The notes below the pieces were generated by a model. That model made no database searches. It was not told the DNA's origin and was given only the letters and a program-made list of their open reading frames with translations. DNA of 64,000 nt from an uncultured Actinomycetes bacterium (lineage in GTDB: Bacteria; Actinomycetota; Thermoleophilia; UBA2241). Position 1 is the stretch's first letter, and each line of letters opens with the position of its first letter. Of the stretch, positions 9,356-19,235 are shown piece after piece. Where the stretch lies: contig CAVPVX010000010.1 of assembly GCA_963709345.1 (NCBI GenBank), forward strand, positions 96,001-160,000, written 5' to 3'. Made by a program: the position numbers and the translations under genes.

Positions 9356-10594
9356 TCACCAGCCTGGCTCGGGCGCTCGGGAACACGGCTCGGGGCCGGC
9401 GGCCAGGGCGCGGCGCACGCGGCCCCGGCCGAGAAGCATCAGCGCCGCGGCCAAGGCAGCAGTGGCGGCGCCGAACGAGAACGTCGCCCACGGCCCGATG
9501 GCGCTCCATAGAAGTCCGCCGAGCGTGCTGGCGGCGAAGCTCGCGAGGCCGGTCGCCGTGTAGTAGAGGCCGAGCGCGGAGGCACGCTCGCCCGTCGGGA
9601 TAGCGCGCCCGATCAGCGCCTTGCTGGTGCCTTCGGTGGCGGCGATGTAGAGGCCGTAGGCGGCGAAGAGGCCGGCGAGAGCCCACCCCGAGACGGTTGC
9701 CGCGAAGCCCAGGTAGACGACCGCGAACGCCCCGTATCCGGCGATGACCAGTGGGTACTGGCCGATGCGGTCGCTGAGGCCGCCGAGCGGCAGCGACCCG
9801 GCCGAATAGACGACGTTGTAGAGCACGTAGAGAAGGATCACGGCGGAGGTCCCGAGGCCGACATCCTTGGCCTTGAGCAGGATGAACATGTCGCTGGAGT
9901 TGCCGACTGCGAAGAGCAGGGAGCCGGCCAGCAGCCAGCGGAAGGCCGGCGACGCCGGCAGCGACAAACGGAAGGCCCGGCGCTGGGGCTGCTCCCTGTG
10001 CTCGCGCACGAAGAGCAAGATCGCGAGCACGCTCAGCAGCCCCGGCACCACGGCGATGGCGAAGATCCAGCGCAGCGACACGTGCGCCTGCACCAGAGCC
10101 AGGGCCACGAGCGGCCCGATCACGGCGCCCAACGTGTCCATGCTGCGGTGCAGGCCGAACGCCAGACCCTGCTGTCCGGGTCGCGTGTTCGCCGCGATGA
10201 GGTCGTCGCGCGGGGCCGTGCGCATGCCCTTGCCGAGGCGGTCGGTGAAGCGACCGGCCAGCGCCGACGGCCAGCCGGCCGCCAACGCGATCGCGAGCTT
10301 GCCGAGGCCGCCGAGCGTGTAGCCGGCAAGCACGAAGGGCTTGCGCCGGCCGGTGTAGTCGGCGGCCTGTCCGAACGGGTACTTGGTGAGGCTCGCCGTC
10401 GCCTCGGCGATGCCCTCGATGACTCCGAGGGCCGCCACCGGCAGGCCGAGCACCGAGGTGACGAAGATGGGGAACAGGGGATACGCGATCTCCGAGCTCA
10501 GGTCGGCGAAGAAGCTGACGAGGCCGAGGCTGCGCACGTTGGGGTCGAGGGTGCGGAGCCTGGCGGACCAGCGGCGCGGGTCGAGACGGGCCAT
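9356..10594 (-). CDS. MFS transporter
   Basis: About 12 hydrophobic segments; GQAADYTGRRK and GGLSDRIG (motif A). Confidence 0.88.
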   Translation of the reverse strand: MARLDPRRWSARLRTLDPNVRSLGLVSFFADLSSEIAYPLFPIFVTSVLGLPVAALGVIEGIAEATASLTKYPFGQAADYTGRRKPFVLAGYTLGGLGKLAIALAAGWPSALAGRFTDRLGKGMRTAPRDDLIAANTRPGQQGLAFGLHRSMDTLGAVIGPLVALALVQAHVSLRWIFAIAVVPGLLSVLAILLFVREHREQPQRRAFRLSLPASPAFRWLLAGSLLFAVGNSSDMFILLKAKDVGLGTSAVILLYVLYNVVYSAGSLPLGGLSDRIGQYPLVIAGYGAFAVVYLGFAATVSGWALAGLFAAYGLYIAATEGTSKALIGRAIPTGERASALGLYYTATGLASFAASTLGGLLWSAIGPWATFSFGAATAALAAALMLLGRGRVRRALAAGPEPCSRAPEPGW

Positions 10595-10738
10595 GGCCCG
10601 ATGCTATCAGTCGAGCGGCTCCCGGGCGGTGAGGCCCTCTGTGAGGGCGCCGGCGTGGCCACGCCGGCGATGCCGCCGGGCGAGCGCGGCGGCGCGGAGG
10701 GGCGGGTCAAGCTCGGCGACGGTCCGCAGCCGGGGGCC

Positions 10739-11137
10739 TCAGAAGGCTCCGGGGCCGATGTAGGCGGTGAGCCCGGAGTCGGCCTCTTCGTAGATGCCCC
10801 AGACCTTCTTCACCGGCGTCAGGTTCCTCCAGTAGCCCGTGCTGCCCTTGGGCGTGATGAGGATGTCGCCGGGACCGGCGACATGCACCGCGCCGTCGTC
10901 GTCGGTGACCTCGACCTCGCCCTCGATGATGTAGGCGACCTCGTGGTACGGCCGCTCGAAGTGGCGGCGCTGGTCGTCGCGTTTCCACAGACCGAAGCTG
11001 AACTTGTCGTCCGCCGACATGGCGGCGGTGAACTCGTGCCCCGGGGGCTCGGTCTCCTCCGGGTTTCGCGGAGCCTCTTCCCAGATGACGTCCTCGGACT
11101 TGATCACGCGGATCCGTGTGGTGTCCAGATCGCCCAT
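10739..11137 (-). CDS. Cupin-domain protein (DUF861/EutQ-like)
   Basis: GLW...HEVAYIIEGEV...GPGDILITPKGSTGYW cupin pattern. Confidence 0.8.
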   Translation of the reverse strand: MGDLDTTRIRVIKSEDVIWEEAPRNPEETEPPGHEFTAAMSADDKFSFGLWKRDDQRRHFERPYHEVAYIIEGEVEVTDDDGAVHVAGPGDILITPKGSTGYWRNLTPVKKVWGIYEEADSGLTAYIGPGAF

Positions 11138-11256
11138 CGATCCTCCTGTCGCTTGGCTCTGCGCGCCGCTCGGACGGCGTAGAATCGCGGCGGTGCTCCG
11201 GCGCCGCCATTGTATGCCGCCGGAGTCGTGGTGTCCGTCGTCGGAGGAGGTCGCTG

Positions 11257-12567
11257 GTGAATCTGCAGTCTGCGCTCGAGGAGCACATCGTCGAAGCCGT
11301 ACACGCAGCCAGGGACGAGCTCGTCGGCCTGGCCGCGGAACTCGTCGCCTGCGACACCAGAGCGCGCCTCCCCGGCGAGCCGGCGCGTGACGAGGAGAAG
11401 CTGCAGCGGCTGCTCGCAGGGCGGCTGGAGGCGCACGGCGCGGAGCCGGACGTGTGGGAGCCGGAGCCGACCGGTGAGGGCGACCGTTTCGTGCCGGCCG
11501 GCCTCGACTTCGTCGGGCGGCCGCAGCTCGCCGCCGTCCTCCCCGGCTCCGGCGGCGGGCGAAGCCTGCTCCTGAACGGCCACGTCGACGCCGTCGACGT
11601 GGAGCCGCGCGATCAGTGGCTCAGCGACCCGCTCAGGCTCACCGAGCGCGACGGCTACCTGTACGGACGAGGCGCGAACGACATGAAGGGCGGCATCGCG
11701 GGCATGGCCATCGCCCTGGATGCGCTGCATCGTCAGGGCGTCCGTCTTGCCGGAGACGTCGTCTTCTGCACGGTCACCGACGAGGAGTCGTCGGGCGCCG
11801 GCGGCCGCGCCGCGGTCGAACACGGCGTCCGCGCCGACGCCGGCATCGCTGCCGAGCCCACCGACTTCGACGCCTGGGTGAGCTGTCGGGGCACCGTCAC
11901 GCCGACGATCACCGTCGCCGGCCGCGCCGGCCACGCCGAGATGCCGCAGGCCGGGTGGCGTGAGGGCGGCGCAGTCAACGCCATCGAGAAGCTCGTGACG
12001 GTGCTGGGCGGGGTGGGCGCGCTCCGCGAGGAGTGGAAGACGCGCCCCGACCACGCGCATCCGCTGCTCGCTCCGGGCGACATCGTCCCGACGGTCGTGC
12101 AGGGGGGCACCTGGATCGTGACCATCCCCGCCTCGTGTGCGGTCACGTGCGACATCACCTATTTGCCGAACCACGTGGACGCGGACGGGACCGGGAAGGC
12201 AGTCGAGGCGGAGGTGATCGACCGCCTGAACAAGGCTGTGGCCGGCGACCCGTGGTTCGCGGAGCATCCGCTGCGCTTCACCTGGTCGGATGACGTCGTG
12301 CCCGCCGAGATGCCGGCCGATCACCCGCTGGTGACGACCGCGCTGGGCTGCGCCGCCGCGCTCGGTCGCGCGGGCAAGCCCGCCGGCCTGAACAGCTGGC
12401 ACGACGCGGCCACTTTCACCCGCGCCGGCACGCCGACCTTCAGCTTCGGCCCGGACGGTATCGAGACCGCCCACGCCGTCAACGAGCGCGTCGGCGTCCA
12501 GGCCCTCGTCGACTTCAGCGCCGCGATCGCGCTGACGGCGGTGCGCTGGTGCGGGGTCGCGTCGTGA
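11257..12567 (+). CDS. M20 family ArgE/DapE-like deacylase
   Basis: LNGHVD, GRGANDMKGG, DEE, AEPT and AHAVNE metal-binding motifs; GGAGG RBS before GTG 11257. Confidence 0.88.
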   Translation: MNLQSALEEHIVEAVHAARDELVGLAAELVACDTRARLPGEPARDEEKLQRLLAGRLEAHGAEPDVWEPEPTGEGDRFVPAGLDFVGRPQLAAVLPGSGGGRSLLLNGHVDAVDVEPRDQWLSDPLRLTERDGYLYGRGANDMKGGIAGMAIALDALHRQGVRLAGDVVFCTVTDEESSGAGGRAAVEHGVRADAGIAAEPTDFDAWVSCRGTVTPTITVAGRAGHAEMPQAGWREGGAVNAIEKLVTVLGGVGALREEWKTRPDHAHPLLAPGDIVPTVVQGGTWIVTIPASCAVTCDITYLPNHVDADGTGKAVEAEVIDRLNKAVAGDPWFAEHPLRFTWSDDVVPAEMPADHPLVTTALGCAAALGRAGKPAGLNSWHDAATFTRAGTPTFSFGPDGIETAHAVNERVGVQALVDFSAAIALTAVRWCGVAS

Positions 12568-12681
12568 ACGTCCGCGTGGTCTCTCGCGCGCCGGGACTCC
12601 CAGGGGCCCGCGCGCCTCACTGCTCGGGCCCGCCGTCGTTGTAGGCTGTGCCCAGGTCGCTCGCGGTCGAGGGAGGTAGTC

Positions 12682-13441
12682 GTGGAAGGTCTGGCCGACA
12701 AGGTCGTTCTGATCACCGGCGGGTCGTCGGGTATCGGTGAGGCGTGTGCGCGGCGTCTCTCGGTGGAGGGCTGCGCCGTCATGGTCGCGGGGCGCGCCGA
12801 GGCGAAGACGCGTGCGGTCGCCGAAGGCATCCTCCCCGAGGGCAAGCACGGCTGGGTGACGGGCGACGTGCGCAACGCTGGTGATTGCCGGGCGCTGGTC
12901 ACGGCGACGATGGAGCGCTATGGGCAGCTCGACGTGCTGGTGCACTGCGCCGGCGTTTGGGATGAGCGGCCGACGCTCGACGTCACCGAGGAGGACTGGG
13001 ACGCCGTCCTCGAGACGAACCTCAAGGGCGCCTTCTTCACGATGCAGGCGGCGCTCTCCCCGATGGTCGAGGCCGGCGGCGGCGTGATCGTCGTCATCGC
13101 CAGCGACTCCGGCACGCACGGGGAGCCCGGCGCTGCCGCCTACGGCGCCTCGAAGGCCGGGCTCATCAATCTGGTGCGCACGCTGGCTCATGACCACGGG
13201 TCCGGACGGCGTGCGCGTCTGCGCCGTCTCGCCGGGCATCATCGAGACGCCGATGCTGACGCGGGCGATCGCCGGCGCGCCGGACCCGGAGGCATACGCG
13301 GCCGTGCAGGCCGACGGGTACCCCGTCGGCAGGGTCGGCCGCCCCGAGGAGGTCGCCGCCGTGGTCGCCTTCGTCGCCAGTGACGAGGCGAGCTTCGTCA
13401 CCGGTGACTCCTGGCTGGTCGACGGCGGTTTCACCGCGTGA
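12682..13441 (+). CDS. SDR family oxidoreductase, with one frameshift near 13200
   Basis: TGGSSGIG and YGASK in the first frame; GVRVCAVSPGIIET...GRPEEVA...VDGG in the shifted frame. Confidence 0.8.
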
Positions 13442-14403
13442 CCCGAGGGCCGGCCGAGCCGCCGGAGGCGGTGGCGCCGGCCCCTGCGCGCGCCCGCGTG
13501 CCGGATCGCCGGCGCGCCCTCATCGCCGACGCGGCGCTGCTCAGCGTCGCCGTCATCTGGGGTCTCAACTTCGTCGTCATCAAGGACGCCATCGCCGACA
13601 CGGGCCCGATGACGTACCTGCTCTGGCGGCACATCCTGGCGGCGCTCATGCTCGCGGCGGTGATGCCGCGCGCGGTCGGGCAGATCGGCCGGCGCGACTG
13701 GCTCTACGGCTCCGTTCTCGGTGCCTGCCTCTTCGTCGCCTTCGCGGCGCAGACGATCGGGCTGCAGTGGACGACGCCGGGCAAGAGCGGTTTCATCACC
13801 AGTCTCTACATCGTCATGGTGCCGTTCCTGTATTGGATCGTGGCGCGCCGCTCGCCGGGCTGGCTGCAGGTGTCGGGCGCGGTTGTCGCGACGGCGGGTC
13901 TGGGGTTCCTGACCTTGCGCGGCGGTCTCGGCATGGGGCGCGGCGACCTGCTCACGCTGGTCGGCGCCGTCGGCTTCGCCGGGCAGATCGTGGCCACCGG
14001 GTTCTTCGCGCCGCGCACTCGTCCGGCGGTGCTGGCGCTGACGCAGATCGCCGCCGCGGCCGCGCTCTTCGTCGTCGTCACCCCGTTCGTCGAGCACGTG
14101 AGCGTGGACTTCGGCGCGAGGGCCTGGGCGGCCATCGTGTGGACGGCCGCCAGCGGCACCGTCTTCGGTTTCGTCGTGCAGGCCTGGGCGCAGAAGGCGA
14201 CGACCTCGACGCGCGCCGGGGTCATCCTCGGGCTCGAGGGCCTCTTCGCCGCCGTCTTCGGCCTGCTGTTCGGCTTCGACGCGCTCACCTGGCGCTTCGT
14301 CCTCGGAGCGGCGCTGATCGCCGCCGGCGTGATCGTCATCGAGGCCGCGCCCGGCCGGCGCGGCGAGCCGAACCCGGCCGATGTGCTCCCGCGGGCGGAC
14401 TGA
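13438..14403 (+). CDS. DMT/EamA family transporter
   Basis: IWGLNFVVIK, QTIGLQWTT..SGFITSL and QAWAQK; about 10 TM segments. Confidence 0.88.
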   Translation: MTRGPAEPPEAVAPAPARARVPDRRRALIADAALLSVAVIWGLNFVVIKDAIADTGPMTYLLWRHILAALMLAAVMPRAVGQIGRRDWLYGSVLGACLFVAFAAQTIGLQWTTPGKSGFITSLYIVMVPFLYWIVARRSPGWLQVSGAVVATAGLGFLTLRGGLGMGRGDLLTLVGAVGFAGQIVATGFFAPRTRPAVLALTQIAAAAALFVVVTPFVEHVSVDFGARAWAAIVWTAASGTVFGFVVQAWAQKATTSTRAGVILGLEGLFAAVFGLLFGFDALTWRFVLGAALIAAGVIVIEAAPGRRGEPNPADVLPRAD

Positions 14404-14577
14404 CGACGAGTGGCCGCCGGTGCGGCCGGCGGCGGCAGTCGGCCGGCGAGACCCTGCCGGTGGCTCGGGCTTGATGGGCTTGAAGCGACCGAGCCTGAGT
14501 CGGCGGCGCACCAGACCGCCCCGGCGCCCGGCCTTCAGCGTCCCGTCACTCGCCGCGCTTCCGATAGGATCATCGTG

Positions 14578-15582
14578 ATGGCGACTCTCCCGAGCAGCAC
14601 GCACGCATCGCGCCGCAAGGCGCTCGTCGCCGACGTGCTGCTCTTCAGCGTCGCCATCTTCTGGGGCAGCAACTTCGTCTTCATCAAAGACGCCGTCGAG
14701 CGCACCACCGAGCTCGCCGCCGGGAGCATCGTCGCCGGCACGATGCTGTATCTGGTGCTGCGCTACGTGGTCGCGACCGGGATCTTCGCCGTGGCGCAGC
14801 CGCGCAGCTGGCTCCGGTCGACTCGCGGCGACTGGGCGCGGGGCGGCCTGCTCGGCGCCTTCTACCTGACCGCCCTCATCCTCCAGACCATCGGGTTGCA
14901 GCGCACGTCGCCCGGCGTCAGCGGGTTCATCACCGGGATGAGCGTCGCCATGGTCCCCTTCCTCTACTGGGCCGTTGCCCGCCGGTCGCCGGGCCGCTGG
15001 CAGATCATCGGCGCGATCATCGCCACCGTCGGGCTTGGGGCGCTCAGCCTGCAGGGCGACTTCTCGATCCGCTGGGGCGACGCGATCACCCTGCTCGGCA
15101 CGCTCTTCTACGCCTTGCACATCATGACCACCGGCTTCTTCGCGCCGAAGGTGAAGCCGACGACCTTGGCGATCACCCAGATGGCCGTCTCGACGGCGGT
15201 CCTCGTCGTCGTCACCCCGTTCGTGGTGCAGATCACCTTCGATCTGCCTTGGCAGGTGTGGGCGGCCGTGGTCTGGACTGCCGTCACCGGCACCATCTAT
15301 GCGTTCTTCATCCAGAGCTGGGCGCAGCGCTACACGACCTCGACGCACGCGGCGATCCTCCTCGGCTTCGAGAGCGTCTTCGCCGCCATCGCCGGCATCG
15401 CCGTCGGCATGGACTCCGTGACCTGGCGCTTGCTGGTCGGCGGCACGATGATGCTCAGCGGCGTCTTCATCGTCGAGTTGTTGCCCTCGTCAAAGGGGGT
15501 CGTCGACGAGATCGAGGCGGAAGAGGGGCCGGTCGGCGTGGACGGACCGGTGGACTCCGGCGGACCGTCCGGCGCGTCGTGA
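14578..15582 (+). CDS. DMT/EamA family transporter (tandem paralogue)
   Basis: FWGSNFVFIK, QTIGLQRTS..SGFITG and QSWAQR; clearly homologous to 13438..14403. Confidence 0.88.
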   Translation: MATLPSSTHASRRKALVADVLLFSVAIFWGSNFVFIKDAVERTTELAAGSIVAGTMLYLVLRYVVATGIFAVAQPRSWLRSTRGDWARGGLLGAFYLTALILQTIGLQRTSPGVSGFITGMSVAMVPFLYWAVARRSPGRWQIIGAIIATVGLGALSLQGDFSIRWGDAITLLGTLFYALHIMTTGFFAPKVKPTTLAITQMAVSTAVLVVVTPFVVQITFDLPWQVWAAVVWTAVTGTIYAFFIQSWAQRYTTSTHAAILLGFESVFAAIAGIAVGMDSVTWRLLVGGTMMLSGVFIVELLPSSKGVVDEIEAEEGPVGVDGPVDSGGPSGAS

Positions 15583-16310
15583 GCGGCCCGGCGCCCGGTG
15601 GCTACGAGGCGCTCGCGCTCACGCCGGCCGAGCGCGAGCAGATCGAGGAGCAGCTGAGCGCGTGCTTCGGGCTGACGCCCGCCGGCGCCCGCGCCTGGGT
15701 CGCCACATCGGCGCGCCGCGGCTGGTACTACGGCTGGAGGGTCGGGGAGCGGATCGCCGCCAGCGTCGCCTTCGAGCCGCTGGAGTTCAGGCGCGGAGGG
15801 CGCGCGGCGGGCGCCGCTCCGCTCCGCGCCCTCCTTCTGCAGAGCCACTACGTGCACCCCGACTTCCGCGGGCAGGGCTACCGCGTGCGTGAGGCGTTCC
15901 TCGACGAGGTGCTCGAGCGGCACGACGGCCGTACCATCGTGCTCTGTCTGTACGACGACGCGTTGGCTGGGTACTGGCGCGAGGCGGGGTTCGATCTGGA
16001 GCACGGGCGCGAGACCGTTACGACGGCGGCGGCGCTGGATCGCTGGGCCGCCGCGCTCTCGCCGGTGGTCTCCGCCGGCTACCTGGCCGCGAAGCGCGAG
16101 GAGGCCGAAGCCGACGGCGCCTCGGTCACCGAGGTGTGCGGGCTCATGCTGATCAGCGATCGTGGCTCGGCCGCCCACACGGAACTGCTGGTCACCGACC
16201 TCGAGCGCGCGCGTCTCGCGCCTCCGGCGCTGCTCGCGCAGCCGCTCGAGGTCACGACGATCATGAGCTATCCGGCGCGGCTCGGCCTCTTCTGCCCCGT
16301 GGTGGTCTGA
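15579..16310 (+). CDS. GNAT-like acetyltransferase
   Basis: YVHPDFRGQG acetyl-CoA motif and YWREAGF; GTG overlaps the upstream stop. Confidence 0.6.
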   Translation: MSGPAPGGYEALALTPAEREQIEEQLSACFGLTPAGARAWVATSARRGWYYGWRVGERIAASVAFEPLEFRRGGRAAGAAPLRALLLQSHYVHPDFRGQGYRVREAFLDEVLERHDGRTIVLCLYDDALAGYWREAGFDLEHGRETVTTAAALDRWAAALSPVVSAGYLAAKREEAEADGASVTEVCGLMLISDRGSAAHTELLVTDLERARLAPPALLAQPLEVTTIMSYPARLGLFCPVVV

Positions 16311-16358
16311 GCGGCGCGGGCTCCGTGGCGAGGCATGAGCTCGTGATAGCGCGATGGG

Positions 16359-16510
16359 GTCACGTCCGAGCTCACAGACCGCCCGTTCGCCGACCTCCCG
16401 CCGACGGCGCGCCGCATCTTTGCCGCCGCGCAGACGATCGTGTCGGAGCGGCTACGCCGATCTCACCATGGCCGCGCTCGAGATGGAGTCGGGCGCCGAC
16501 CCGGCTTCCG
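16359..16510 (+). pseudogene. TetR-family HTH remnant
   Basis: TARRIFAAAQTIVSER, a frameshift, then GYADLTMAALEMESG; no start codon or C-terminal domain. Confidence 0.45.
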
Positions 16511-16762
16511 GCGCCCGGCGTCCCGTCACGGCTGTTCGCGGCCGTCGTGTACCCGGTGCCGACGTGGGTCTGGGTGAAGCGCGCCGGCAAGGGCGGCTAC
16601 GTGCCCGCCGGAGGCTTTGCCTGACAAGCACGGTTTCTGCACGGCCGCCTCGCGGGCATAAGGTCGCAGGGGCCGCCTGAAGCGGATTCACGCTTTGTCC
16701 GGCATGGCCCGTACACCGCCGGGGCGAAGACCACGGCCGAGGCGAGGGATACATGGCTCGGG

Positions 16763-18034
16763 ATGAGTGATCAGTTGAAGCCGCGGGTCGCGCTTGACGG
16801 CCTTCTGATCGCCGCATCGTCGGTTGCTTATGCGCGCTTCACGCGAGGCGGTGCCCTGCACAGCGCGAACGCGTGCTTTCGCGACTTGATCGGGGAGGTC
16901 GGAGGAGACGTCCGGCTGGTCGATCTGGTCGTGGAGGGGCAGCGCGAGGCAGTCGAGCGTCTGCTGGACGGCGACGAGCTGCCCTCCGAGGCGCTCAACC
17001 TCCATCTTGCCGTCCGCGACCAGACGCCCACCACGTTGCTCGCGACGTGGGCGTGGGACGGGGACCATCTGGTCCTGCTCGGCGAGATCCCCTTCGCCGA
17101 CCTGGAGGCCGCCCAGGCCACGCTGGTCAAGCTCAACAACCGCGTCTCCGAACTGGCGCGCGAGAATGCGAAAAAGAGCGCTCAGCTCGAGCGCGCGCTC
17201 GACGACTTGCGTGAGACGCAGGCGATGCTCGTGCACCGCGAGAAGATGGCCGCGCTGGGCCAGATGACGGCCGGCGTAGCCCACGAGCTCAACAACCCGC
17301 TCGCCTACGTCAAGAACAACCAGTACCTGGTGCGTCAGGGGGTCCTGGATCTTCTCGAGCTGATCAATCTGTTCGGCGAGGGCCTCGATCCGATCGAGGA
17401 GGCGCAGCCCGAGCTGTTCGATGTGATCATGCAGCGGATCCAGGACGTCGACCTGCCGCGTCTCGGGGAGCGGCTGCCGCGGCTTCTCGAGTCTGTCGAC
17501 GAGGGGCTCGACCGGTCCGTCGGACTGGTCAAGGGCCTGCGCACGTTCTCGCGTCTCGACGAGGCCGAGGTCAAGAGCATCGACCTCAACGAGTCCTTGC
17601 GCTCGGTCGTCGAGTTCGCCGGCTTCCTGATGAAGGAGAACGACACGGAGTTCACTGCGAGCTACGGCGACCTGCCGGCGGTCGTGTGTGCCCCCGGCCA
17701 GCTGAACCAGGCGGTGCTGAACATCCTCACGAATGCCGTGCAGGCGGCCGGTCCCGGCGGGAGGGTGAGCCTGTCCACGGCGGTCGTCGGTGACGAAGCG
17801 CTCATCCGCGTGAGCGACAGCGGGCCCGGCGTGCCGGAGGAGCTCGCCGACCGCGTCTTCGACCCGTTCTTCACGACGCGTCCTGTTGGCGAAGGTACCG
17901 GTCTCGGGCTGAGCATCGCGCACACCGTGGTCGCCGAGCACGGCGGGCGCATCTCTCTTGAAGACGCGCCCGGCGGAGGCGCCGCCTTCACCATCCACCT
18001 GCCTCTCACGGAAGGAGCGCCGCGTGGTCGCTGA
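16763..18034 (+). CDS. Sensor histidine kinase with PAS-like N-terminus
   Basis: GVAHELNNPL H-box, NILTNA, DSGPG, FDPFFTT and GTGLGL. Confidence 0.92.
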   Translation: MSDQLKPRVALDGLLIAASSVAYARFTRGGALHSANACFRDLIGEVGGDVRLVDLVVEGQREAVERLLDGDELPSEALNLHLAVRDQTPTTLLATWAWDGDHLVLLGEIPFADLEAAQATLVKLNNRVSELARENAKKSAQLERALDDLRETQAMLVHREKMAALGQMTAGVAHELNNPLAYVKNNQYLVRQGVLDLLELINLFGEGLDPIEEAQPELFDVIMQRIQDVDLPRLGERLPRLLESVDEGLDRSVGLVKGLRTFSRLDEAEVKSIDLNESLRSVVEFAGFLMKENDTEFTASYGDLPAVVCAPGQLNQAVLNILTNAVQAAGPGGRVSLSTAVVGDEALIRVSDSGPGVPEELADRVFDPFFTTRPVGEGTGLGLSIAHTVVAEHGGRISLEDAPGGGAAFTIHLPLTEGAPRGR

Positions 18035-19235
18035 GCCCATGAACCCGGCATTCGCCGCCAAGCTTGGGCGGCGCAAGACCGGCCGGCGAGCGGACGGCGC
18101 GCCAGAATCGGGTCCGGAGGCGACCGACAGGCGTGCTTGCGTGCTGGTCGTCGACGACGAGCCGGAGATCACTCGTTCGGTGGCTGAGTTGCTCGAGCGC
18201 GACTACCGTGTGCTCACGGCCAACTCCGCCGACGAGGCTCTCGGGCTGCTCGGGACGAATCCCGTCTCGGTGATCCTTACGGACCAGCGCATGCCCGGCG
18301 GCAGCGGGGCGGAGTTGCTCGCCCACTCGCTGGACATCGCCCCCGAGACGACGCGCATCCTGTTCACCGGCTACTCGGACATCAGCGCCGTGATCGAGGC
18401 GGTCAACGAGGGCCAAGTGTACCGGTACGTCACCAAGCCGTGGCGACCGGAAGAGCTGCTGGCGGTCGTGGACCAGGGTCTCGAGCGCTACAGTCTGGTG
18501 GTCGAGAACCGACGCCTGCTCGAGGAGCTCTCACAGGCCAACGCGGACCTGGAGATCGCCAATCGCAATCTCCAGCAGTTCGTCTACTCTATGTCGCATG
18601 ACCTGCGCTCGCCGCTGCGCGCTCTCGACGGTTTCAGCCTGGCCATTCTGGAAGACTACGCCGATTGTCTCGACGACACCGGGGCCGACTACCTGAAGCG
18701 CATCCGGGCCGCCAGCCAGCGGATGGCGGAACTGTTCGACGCTCAGCTGGCGCTGGCGCGAACGGGATACCGGGAGGTGGAGATCACCGACGTCGACGTC
18801 ACTGAGCTTGCGCGACGCCTGGTCGAGAGGCAGAAGAGCGCCGATGCGTCGCGCTCCGTCAAGTTCAGCGTCGCCGACGGCATGACCGCCCGCTCCGACG
18901 CGGTGGTGGCCGGGCTGGTGCTGGAGCGGCTCCTCGACAACGCCTGGAAGTTCACGTCCAAGCAGACTGAGGCGCACGTAAACGTAGGCTGCGAGGACAG
19001 GGACGGAGAGAACGCTTTCTTCGTGCGCGACGACGGCGTCGGCTTCGAAGATGCGTACGCGCACAAGCTCTTTGCGCCGTTCGAGCGGCTCCACACAGCG
19101 GAGGAGTTCGTCGGCACCGGTATCGGGCTGGCGAGCGTCCGTCGCCTTCTGGAGCGTGTCGGCGGGCGGTGTTGGGCGGAGGGCCGGCCCGGCGAAGGGG
19201 CGGTCGTGTGGTTCACTCTCGAGGGCGATGACTGA
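18024..19235 (+). CDS. Hybrid receiver-histidine kinase
   Basis: VVDDE / TDQRMP / KPW receiver, then SHDLRSPL, NAWKF, DDGVG and GTGIGL. Confidence 0.9.
   Translation: MVAEPMNPAFAAKLGRRKTGRRADGAPESGPEATDRRACVLVVDDEPEITRSVAELLERDYRVLTANSADEALGLLGTNPVSVILTDQRMPGGSGAELLAHSLDIAPETTRILFTGYSDISAVIEAVNEGQVYRYVTKPWRPEELLAVVDQGLERYSLVVENRRLLEELSQANADLEIANRNLQQFVYSMSHDLRSPLRALDGFSLAILEDYADCLDDTGADYLKRIRAASQRMAELFDAQLALARTGYREVEITDVDVTELARRLVERQKSADASRSVKFSVADGMTARSDAVVAGLVLERLLDNAWKFTSKQTEAHVNVGCEDRDGENAFFVRDDGVGFEDAYAHKLFAPFERLHTAEEFVGTGIGLASVRRLLERVGGRCWAEGRPGEGAVVWFTLEGDD

Noticed and set aside
11104-15348. 1414-aa minus-strand ORF, and similar long ORFs such as 3780..6197 +, 25320..27749 -, 51967..54420 - and 59366..62809 -
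   Set aside because: Antisense shadows of real genes, typical of high-GC DNA; no recognisable motifs
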